The notes below the pieces were generated by a model. That model ran no database searches and had not been told where the DNA came from. It saw only the letters and a program-made list of their open reading frames with translations. A DNA stretch of 64,000 bases from Scyliorhinus canicula (taxonomy: Eukaryota): contig NC_052146.1 of assembly GCF_902713615.1 (NCBI RefSeq), positions 14,958,938 through 15,022,937 of the forward strand, written 5' to 3'. The translations under genes and the position numbers were made by a program. Shown here piece by piece: positions 24,380-34,015 of this stretch; positions within the stretch are counted from its first letter, which is position 1; every line of letters starts with the position of its first letter.

Positions 24380-24974
24380 CCAATTTCCTAGGTTTGTTGG
24401 CGCGACATTGACGAGGTTCAATACCTGGATTTTGTAACTTGTGTTTCTCCTGTGACGGCAATTGAGCGTTTCTGCCATGACCATTCCTCCCCCTGGCTTG
24501 TATTTCAGAGTGAAATCATAATCCTGGGAGCTTCACCAGTAATCTCTGCAGTTCAATCGGTGCTTTGCACAGATCCTTCTTTTAGATCTGCTCCAGTGGA
24601 TGAGGGTCACTCCCCACGATCAACTTTCTCCCATAAATATATGTACTGAACATCTCACATCCATTCCCAATTGCTAAAATCTGTTTCTATGTTGGCATAC
24701 CTGGCCTCAGCTGAGGTTCGAGTTTTGGATGTGAATCCTCATGGTTTTCCCTCTTTTACCGGTGCAGCTGCCAACACTTTAGTGGAAGCGTCCACTTGCA
24801 GAGTTATAGATTTGTTTCTGTCTTCATAGAACAGACTTGTCTCCTGCCAGATTACCTTTTTAAGTTTGTTGAAACTCGTGTGTGTGACTCTGACCACTGC
24901 TACTTGACACCTTCTTTCATCAGCTCCCGCACTTTTGCAGCGTGCTCTGACATATGCAGTGCGAAGGAGTTCAT

Positions 24975-25620
24975 GGGGGCGATTCTCCAAAATGGAGACC
25001 AAGTGTTCGCCCGTCGTGAACGCCGTCGTGTTTCATGACGGCGCGAAACGGGCCTAGGTACGACCGATTTTGTCTCTCACAGGGGGCCAGCACGGCGCTG
25101 GAGCGGTTCACGCCGCTCCAGCCTCCCTTCCAGGCGCCAAATGGGCGCTGCGCCAACCTGCGCATGCCTGGGGGCCTTCCTCAGCATGCCGGCCCTAACT
25201 CAACATGGCATCGGTGTTCAGGGGCAGGCCGCGAAACAAAGTAGGCCCAAGGGGGGAGAGGCCCACCGATCAGCGGGCCAGACTCCATCGGAGGCCCCCC
25301 CCCCCCCCGGTGAAGGATCGCTTTTCCCCGCCCCACAGGCCACCCCCCCCGACCCTTTGCGCAGAGTTCTAGCCGCCAGCGACCAGGGGTGAACGGCGCC
25401 GGTGGGACTCTGTCATATCCGCGCGGCCGCTCGGCCCATCCGGGCCAGAGAATTGGCGGCCCCGCCGATTGCTGTGGCCCGCGGGCGGCGCCGTGTCAAA
25501 CACGGCGGCGCAAATGCCGGCAATTCTCTGCACCTCGGAGAATCGCGGGCCAGCGCCGGGGAGTTGTGGCGCGGTTGCGGCGATTCTCCGGCCCAGAGCG
25601 GGGCTCGGGGAATCGCCCCC
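24975..25620. mobile_element. GC-rich Harbinger-type MITE inserted in Gypsy pol
   Basis: TIRs GGGGGCGATTCTCC ... GGGGAATCGCCCCC. Confidence 0.75.
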
Positions 25621-26359
25621 CCAGTGTGTTCCATCAAGTCAAGGAGGCTTCGCAACTCGTTCTTTTCATCCCTGAGATAGCCGTGATTCTTTCGGGGTTT
25701 GAATCGATTCCGTCTGGTGAATGCACCATTTCAAAGATCTGCTGCCCTGTCCCTTTTACAATACATTTGTCTGTGTTTAACTTGACCCCAGCTTTCCTGC
25801 TTCTCCCTGTGGCTTCATTTAGGTGGCAGTCATGACCATTTCCATCTCCACCAGACCTGGATCACATCTGCTCTGCCAACTGCTCCTCTACACCCCCTGT
25901 ATGTCTTGTCTACTTTCTGCTGGAACGCATTCTGCCTCACTTTAAGGCCAGAGGGCAGGCGTAGAAATTTGTACCATTTAACGGGTGTGCTGAATGTTAC
26001 CAATAGTAAAGCATTTTGCCCCTAGTTTCACATTCCATTTCTTACATTGAGCTTGCTGAAGATTCTTCTTAATAGCTTGATTAAGATCTTTGGGATCCAG
26101 GCAAATTATTTTCCTTCCCTTTGGAATTTACCCAATCTATAGGCTCCGTGACTCTGGTAATCTCATCTCATGGATCTCTCGTTCAAGCTTCCTTTTTAGT
26201 TAGATTGGTACTTTATGTGGGGGATGAAACATTGGTTGCATTGCTGGGTCAACAGTAATGTCACGCTAAAAATCTTCAGTGCATGCAACCGCCTCATTGA
26301 ACACTCTGGGTACGTATACCAGGTCTACTTTCACATCTAGTCTTTTCACGTCGTGGTCC

Positions 26360-28345
26360 CCATGCCTCTAAGGCAGGAAACAGTGAGTGGCGATAAGGGG
26401 TTCTTTTTCAGGTTGGCGACCTGTAACCCCAGCGAGGTTCCACAGGGCCTGCAACAGTTCACAATTTTTATTAATGACTTGGCGAGAGGAAGCGAATGCG
26501 CCGTAGTCACATTTGCCGATGACACAAACATAGGTGGAAAGGCAAGTTGCGAGATGGATACTAACAGTTTGCAAAGAGATACTGAAAGGTTACGTAAGTG
26601 TGCATAAAGTTGGAAAAAGGAGTATAACATGGAAAAATGTGAAGTTGTTCATTTTGGAAGGGAGAACCAAAGAATAGAGTATTATTTAAATAATAATAAT
26701 TGCTTATTGCCATAAGTAGGCTTCAATGAAGTTACTGTGAAAAGCCCCGAGTCGCCACATTCCTGTGCGGAGAGGCCGGTACAGGAATTGAACCCGCGCC
26801 GCTGGCCTTGTTCTGCATTACAAGCCAGCTGTTTAGCCCACTGTGCTAAACCAGCCCCAATGGCGAGCAACTGCAGAAAGCTGCAACACAAAGGGACTTG
26901 GGAGTAATTGCGCACGAAATACAGAACGTTAGCACACAGGGGCAGCACGGTAACACAGTGGCTAGCAACATTGCTTCACAACGCCGGAGCCCAGGTTCGA
27001 TTCCTGGCTTGGGTCACTGTCTGCTCATTCTCTCCGTGTCTGCGTGAGTTTCCTCCGGGTGCTCTGGTTTCCTCCCACAAGTCCCGAAAGACGTGCCTTT
27101 AGATAATTTGGACATTCTGAATTCTCCCTCGGTGTATTCGAATAGGCGCCGGAATGTGGCGACTCGGGGCTTTTCACAGTAACTTCATGGCAGTGTTAAT
27201 GTAAGCCTACTTGTGACAAAAAAGATTATTTTAAAAAGGTGCAGCAGGTAATCAGGAAGGCTAATGGAATGATGGCCCTTATTTCAAGGGGGTTGGAGTA
27301 TAAGAGTCAGGAAGTCTTGCTGCAGCTGTACAAGGTACTGTTGAGACCACAGCTGGAGCACTGGGAGCAGTTTTGGTTCCCTTATTTCAGGAAAGATATT
27401 ATCTCATTGGTGGTCGTTCGCAGAAGCTTCACGAGGATGATCCCCAGTATGGGGGCAGTGTCTTATGAACAAAGGTTAACCAGGTTGGGACTCTACTCAT
27501 TAGAATTTAGAATGAGAGGTGATTTTATTGAAACATTTCGGATTCTTAAGGGGCTTGACAGGGGAAATGCTGAGAGGATATTTCCCCTCATGGGAGAATC
27601 TCGGACCAGAGGGAAATCGCTGGCTTTGAAAGCAGACCAAGGCAGGCCAGCAGCACGGTTCAATTCCCGTACCAGCCTCCCCGAACAGGCGCCGGAATGT
27701 GGTGACTAGGGGCTTTTCACAGTAACTTAATTGAAGCCTACTCGTGACAATAAGCGATTTTCATTTTTGATTTCAGAATAAAGGAGAGCCATTGAAAACT
27801 GAGATGAGGAGGAATTTTGTCTCTCAGAGAGTTGTGAGTCTTTACACCTCCTGGTCACAAATTGCTGTGGGGCTGAGTCCTTGTGTAATAATAATAATCT
27901 TCATTAGTGTCACAAGTAGGCTTTCATTAACACTGCAATGAAGTTACTGTGAAAATGCCCTAGTCACCACACTCCGACGCCTGTTATGGGTACACTGAGG
28001 GAGAATTCAGAATGTCCAATTCTCCGAACAAGCTCGTCTTTCGGGACTTATGGGAGGAAACTGGAGCACCCGGAGGAAACCCACGCAGGTGACATGGAGA
28101 ACGTGCAGACTCTGCACAGACAGTGACCCAGCTGGGAATCGAACCTGGGACCCTGGCGCTGTGAAGCAACAATGCTAACCACTGTGCTCACGTGCATATC
28201 TAAGGCTGAAGTGATTGATCCCTGATCAGTAAGAGAATCAAGGGGTAGGAAAGTGGACGTGAGGAATGTCGGATCAGCCACGATCCTATTGGATGGTGGC
28301 GCATAATCGAGGGGCCGAATGGCCAACTCCTGCTCTTGTTTCTTA
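26360..28345 (+). mobile_element. CR1 LINE 3' part split by four SINE insertions (26690-26858 -, 26939-27230 +, 27610-27775 +, 27886-28190 -)
   Basis: EVPQG..FTIFINDL..FADDT (26353-26607); QQVIRKANGM..LYKVLLRPQLE..RMRGDFIE (27239-27610); 3' UTR to ~28345. Confidence 0.85.
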
Positions 28346-29002
28346 AGGTGTTCTCAATTTTCCTGTCCACTTGCCCTGTTGTTCTGACTCTGAGGCTTTG
28401 TCTACCTCCGCCTCCTTTCGCTTTGTTCATCTTTCCCCCATCTTTCCCCCAATGATTGGCCTTTCCACAAGCTCTGCAGATTGATCCATCTGCCGGACAT
28501 GTCCATCCGCCTGTGAATTCATGCGCTCGCCTCCAGCTCCGGTACAGCTTTTCTCTGTTCGGCGTACCTCATTTATCTCTGCTTCGCTGCATCAATCCTG
28601 CAGCCTTTTTCTTGGCTGAACTGCAGGTCGGCTGTCTGGCCAGTCAGTGTCTTCATCTGGCTGCTCGTAGTTTCATCTGCTTTAGCAGCGTCTGCTGCCT
28701 GTAGCATGAGCTCATCCGTCCCGATTAGCACTTTGGTATTAGTATTTCAGGATGTGCAGGACTCCTAGTTAATTGATCTATCAGCCTTTCATCGGTGACC
28801 TTCGATTTTCTAGCAGCATTTTGTCTTTAATCGTGTGACGAAATCATCAATCGGCTCAGGCTCACCTAATTCCTATCTGAGATCAATAAAATTCACGTCC
28901 CGTCGATCCGATTTTGGAACTGTTGAACAAATTAAATTCTATATCCCCTGCCCGCAGAAGGATATAGCCGATCCTTTCTTCATTGTGCCTGCCTGTTCGG
29001 AA

Positions 29003-29349
29003 ATAGAACATAGAACAGTACAGCACAGAACAGGCCCTTCGGCCCTCGATGTTGTGCCGAGCAATGATCACCTACTCAAACCCACGTATCCACCCTATAC
29101 CCGTAACCCAACAACCCCCCCCCCCTTTAACCTTACTTTTTAGGACACTACGGGCAATTTAGCATGGCCAATCCACCTAACCCACACATCTTTGGACTGT
29201 GGGAGGAAACCGGAGCACCCGGAGGAAACCCACGCACACACGGGGAGGACGTGCAGACTCCGCACAGACAGTGACCCAGCCGGGAATCGAACCTGGGACC
29301 CTGGAGCTGTGAAGCATTTATGCTAACCACCATGCTACCGTGCTGCCCA
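29003..29349 (-). mobile_element. HE1-type V-SINE with alternative CR1-type tail (GAGGGCCGAAGGGCCTGTTCTGTGCTGTACTGTTCTATG)
   Basis: Near-identical to 59040-59382. Confidence 0.9.
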
Positions 29350-29585
29350 CGGAAACTACTGAATGTCGATCTGCACTAATGATCAAAATTTGCAAATGCC
29401 TCTGTGCCATTATCAGCTTCCCAATTCACCCAGGGCTGCGGCCTCCCATCAACGGCTGTGCCGTTTGACATTTTTTTTTTCGTCTTCGCACAATCCCCAA
29501 ATCTTCCTTCTGACACTCATGTAGGTCAATTTTCAGAATCAGCACTAAATTGATTTTAAACGCTTCAGGTTGATTCACAGATGCT

Positions 29586-29596
29586 CGCTGCCACCA
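29586..29596 (-). promoter_or_regulatory. Primer-binding site of the Gypsy element (tRNA-Leu type)
   Basis: Minus strand ...ATAGCA then TGGTGGCAGCG, directly after an LTR-like CA end and upstream of gag. Confidence 0.6.
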
Positions 29597-29634
29597 TGCT
29601 ATGTACTCTTTGGATGGATGGATGGTTATTATCA

Positions 29635-29812
29635 TTATTTGTTTATTGTCACGTGCACCGAGGTACAATGAAAAGTATTTTTCTGCGAGCAGCTCAACAG
29701 ATCATTAAGTACATGAAAAGAAAAGAAAAGAAAATACATAATAGGGCAACACAAGGTACACAATGTAACTACATAACTCCGGCATCGGGTGAAGCATATA
29801 GGGGTGCAGTGT
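29635..29812 (-). mobile_element. Rex/Babar-type LINE 3' end
   Basis: Homologous to 21290-21470. Confidence 0.8.
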
Positions 29813-31110
29813 TCATAGAATTTACAGTGCAGAAGGAGGCCATTCGGCCCATCGAGTCTGCACCGGCTCTTGGAAACAGCACTCTACCCAAGGTCCACAC
29901 CTCCACCCTATCCCCATAACCCAGTAACCCCACCCAACACGGTAGGACAGCACGGTAGCATTGTGGATAGCACAATTGCTTCACAGCTCCAGGGTCCCAG
30001 GTTCGATTCCGGCTTGGGTCACTGTCTGTGCAGAGTCTGCACGTCCTCTCCGTGTGTGCATGGGTTTCTTCCCACAGTCGAAAGATGTGCAGGTTAGGTG
30101 GATTGGCCATGATAAATTGCCCTTAGTGTCCAAAATTGCCCTTAGTGTTGGGTGGGTTACTGGGTTATGGGGATAGGGTGGAGGTGTTGACCTTGGGTAG
30201 GGTGCTCTTTCCAAGAGCCGGTGCAGACTCGATGGGCCGAATGGCCTCCTTCTGCACTGTAAATCCTATGAACACTAAGAGCAATTTTGGACACTAAGGG
30301 CAATTTAGCATGGCCAATCCACCTAACCTGCACATATTTGGACTGTGGGAGGAAACCGGAGCACCCGGAGGAAACCCACGCCTGTATGGGGAGAATGATA
30401 AATTTAGAGCACCCAAATATATATTTTTTCCCCAATTAAGGGGCAATTTAGTGTGGCCAATCCACCTAACCTGCACATCTTTGGGTTGTGGGGGTGAAAC
30501 CCACGCAGACATGGGGAGAATGTGCAAACTCCACATGGACAGTGACCCAGGGCCGGGATTCGAACCTGGGCCCTCAGCACTGTAGGCTGCAATGCCATCC
30601 ACTACGCCACATGTCTGCATGGGTTTTTTCCGGGTGCTCCGGTTTCCTCCCACAAGTCCCGAAAGACGTGCTTGTTCGGTGAATTGGACATTCTGAATTC
30701 TCCCTCCGTGTACCCGAACAGGCGCCGGAATGTGGCGACTAGGGGCTTTTCACAGTAACTTCATTGCAGTGTTAATGTAAGCCTACTTGAGACAATAAAG
30801 GTTATTATTAAATGGTTCCCATTTATTTGCAGATAATACAACAATGTATGAAACACGTGCATAACAGCGTAACGTAATGTTAAAAAAAAATTTAGAGTAC
30901 CAAATTCATTTTTTCCAATTAAGGGTCAATTTAGCATGACCAATCCATCTGCCAGCACGGTAGCATGGTGGTTAGCATAAATGCTTCACAGCTCCAGGGT
31001 CCCAGGTTCAATTCCCAGCTGGGTCACTGTCTGTGCGGAGTCTGCATGGCCTCCCCGTGTGTGCGTGGGTTTCCTCCGGGTGCTCCGGTTTCCTCCCACA
31101 GTCCAAAGAT
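29813..31110. mobile_element. Pile of about six V-SINE copies or fragments in alternating orientation
   Basis: Plus copy 29941-30270 nested in a minus copy with TSD AACAC; further copies 30400-30600 (-), 30610-30810 (+), 30880-30950 (-), 30951-31110 (+). Confidence 0.88.
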
Positions 31111-32359
31111 GTCCTCTCCAGTGCAGAACACCACCTCTGTCTCAGCCCACAGGGAGCTCTTTCACCTTTTCATTCTCCTCAATGACCTGAAGGGGCGCCA
31201 TTGACAAAGTGCCGCTCCCTGTACTTCATTCCAATTTACAGATGTTACAGCATGGGATTGACAGACCCTGCCCTATACTCATAGGCCTCTATCAAGGGAT
31301 CTGATTGATGTCTCTGCACCATTATTGGGGATTTCGGTCTCTCTGAGATGCTGGTCAGAAAAGACAAGCGTTCCCAAGTTTATGTCAGAAGCAAATTAAT
31401 TTTCAACTCGCAAATCGGTGCACCAGCAGCAAATTGGATCCCTCACTGCGCAAGGCATTGAACTTGCAACAAAGCGTTAGCTGCCACGTTTAAACTGAAA
31501 GCAACATTAACCGGCTCATTAATAGGAGCCAGGCACTTCACAGTCCTCGCCACGTTTTGGTTGCAATCAGCTGCACTTTGATGAAGTTTATTTGCCGGAG
31601 TGTTTCGAAGGAGGTTGCACGCAGCTGTCACAGTTGAGCACCGCCTAAGTTCCGGGAGCGAAGCGTCTCAGGTCTCCGTCCCAATCACTTCCCTCCCATT
31701 GCTCCGAGCTGCTGACATTAATATGCAAATCAAGTCATGTTCTTTAAATAGCTATTACCTGCCAGCGGATGATTTATGGCTGCGTGGTTTGATAAAGATT
31801 TCCAAACAGTCTCCCAGTGCTGCCTGCTACTCTCTGGTTTCCGATCACTGGGCTGCTGAATGAAAATTAGCTTTGAAACCTTCGATTTATTCCCTGGGCA
31901 GCAGCGGGTGCCTGTCAAAGAGCTCCAAAAGCAAGCAGCACTGATGTGTTGGGCTCCAGACACTGTGTTCGCTGTTCACCGTTACCCTTCATGTTGACTG
32001 ATGAATGCAACTAACACAGTTCCGCGATATAGATTTTTCTTTCTCTAAATCCATCACATAAACAGTTAAGTGCCTTTCATCCTTTCCTTGAGGCCTGAAG
32101 CCTCCAGGGTGCCAACAACAACAAAAAAAAAATCAACATAGCCCTTAACCAAGGCCGCCTGATCCCGAGCGAGCTGGAAACTCCAGTCACATTTCTCAAC
32201 AAAGGTTTCAGTCTGGCTTCTTTCAACTTCTTTCAAATAGTTTATGCTCACACGCCATGAATTTTGCATTGAAATAATGGAGCCATCCCCTTGTGTGAGG
32301 CATGGGAAGAAATATTTATCTTCTCTGTTTGAAACAGTAAGTAACTAAATTCAGCACCG

Positions 32360-32505
32360 TCCCCAGATGACCTTAGGCTGCTTTCCCCTTTGAGGTGGGG
32401 GGGGGGGGGGAGCTGGCTGGTGGTGATTTAACCTGAGGATCACCACACCTCAGGCGAGGGGCAAGGTTGAGAAGGCGGAGCCTTCGTGAATAACCTCACT
32501 GCCAG
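32360..32505 (-). mobile_element. SINE fragment with pseudoknot-forming core (possibly Meta-domain type)
   Basis: Minus strand CCGCCTTCTCAACCTTGCCCCTCGCCTGAGGTGTGGTGATCCTCAGGTTAAATCACCACCAG; relative at 886-1070. Family name is from memory. Confidence 0.65.
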
Positions 32506-32509
32506 TCAG

Positions 32510-32850
32510 CTCTGTTTCCTCCCACAGTCCAAAGATGTGCGGGTTAGGTGGATTGGCCATGCTAAATTGCCCGTAGTGTCCTAATAAAAGTAAGGTTAAG
32601 GGGGGGGGGGGGGGAAGGGGGGGTTGTTGGGTTATGGGTATAGGGTGGATACGTGGGTTTGAGTAGGGTGATCATGGCTCGGCACAACATTGAGGGCCGA
32701 AGGGTCTGTTCTGTGCTGTACTGTTCTATGTTCTAATCCCCACGGTAGAGAGGGAAGCCATTTGGTCCATCGGGTCCGCACCGACCCTCTGAAAGACCAC
32801 CCCACCTAGGCCCGCTTTCCCGCCCCCATCCCTGTAACCCCACCGAACCT
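32510..32850. mobile_element. Two HE1-type SINE 3' halves, tail to tail
   Basis: 32510-32735 (+) with TGTTCTATG tail; 32738-32850 (-). Confidence 0.8.
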
Positions 32851-33029
32851 TTGAACACTCCACTGGGCCACACAGGAAATTAAATAATATTTTCCCGTCC
32901 TCCAAGTGGATGCCATCAAGCCCGATGAATTGGGAAAAGCGCATTTTCCAGAAATTCCGCCTGAAATATCTTCCACCACGGCTCCGAGTTCAAGTTCCAC
33001 TTCTGCGCCTCGATTACAAGTATCAAGGC

Positions 33030-33790
33030 TGACAATGCAATGCTACACTGTCCGAGATGTTTGCCTTTCAGATAAGATGTTAAACCAATCTGCACTTTAA
33101 CATGAAAGTAAAGGATTTCACTTAATTAGTGAACAAAAAGTGATTTATTTATTGATCTTCAAGAGGGTCAGCATGTTTGTAGCTGACTCTAAAATACCTC
33201 TGTCTAGGAGGACCCCTCTCCCTAGGGTGACTCCCCACCTAGGTCAGGTGCCTCTGCTGTGTTGCCCTTCAAGGGCCAATCACACAAACTATGGCATGAG
33301 TTCAAAGAAGAGTGGGGCAGCTCTCAATGGTGTCCGGCCCAATATTCATCCCTCAATCAACATCACAAAAAACATATTGTATGGCCATTATCACTGCTGT
33401 TTGTGGGATGTTGCTGTGTGAAAATTGGCAGCTGCATTTCCTACATTACAGTTATGACATGATATACCTTCAATTCACAGTGAGGCAGAGAGAGCGAGTG
33501 AACAGTAGGCTTTATTAGTCATCAACTTGCCTAGCCAGAGTCAAAAGACCGCCCTATATATGGCCCCGGTGTGGGCGGAGCCAGAGGTGGAGCCATACCA
33601 GGGTTACAGTACAGCACCTGGAAGCAGTTCAAATCACCACTTCCAGGTCATAGGTTACATGTTATGGTATCATGCATGCATTATGGTGAATACATTCACC
33701 ACATGATGTTTTTTAAAATTGGCTGTAAATTAGAGTATTGGGATGCTCTAAGGTCATGAAATGTGTTATATAAATGTAAGTCTGTCTTTC
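33030..33790 (+). mobile_element. Deu-domain SINE (SacSINE1-like), interrupted by a solo LTR
   Basis: TGCTGTTTGTGGGATGTTGCTGTGTGAAAATTGGCAGCTGCATTTCCTACATTACA and tail TATATAAATGTAAGTCT. Confidence 0.7.
33460..33703 (-). mobile_element. Solo LTR (family X)
   Basis: TG...TTCACCACA; flanks TGACA / TGATG; homologous to 11529 and 37707 copies. Confidence 0.8.
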
Positions 33791-33814
33791 TCGCCAATGT
33801 GCCTCTGCATTAGG

Positions 33815-34015
33815 ATTGTTATATGTGCCCGACACAGATTGGGTACAAATGGAAGAGGCATCCTGTAAAGGAACAATCCTCCGGGCCATGGCCACAGCAG
33901 CACTCCCATCCTCCTCAACAAGGTACACAACGATCCCAGTGGTAGCGGCCACGCTGAGAACGTGGACCCAGTTGAGACAGCACTTTGGGATAACCAAAAT
34001 GTACCCCATGGCCCC
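33815..34015 (+). mobile_element. L1/Tx1-like LINE ORF2 C-terminal fragment
   Basis: DWVQMEEASCKGTILRAMATAALP...PVVAATLRTWTQLRQHFG. Confidence 0.6.

Larger units (their letters stand above)
20530..29620 (-). mobile_element. Heavily decayed Gypsy LTR retrotransposon with many nested insertions
   Basis: Minus-strand order: PBS 29586-29596; gag (EPIDDFVTRLK, zinc knuckle CPADGSICRACGKANHW ~28440-28510); RT (ICLDPKDLNQAIKK ~26065-26105); RNase H (SITLQVDASTK..KEGKP ~24740-24830); integrase C-terminus (TPRSYIIE ~20830-20850). Confidence 0.85.
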
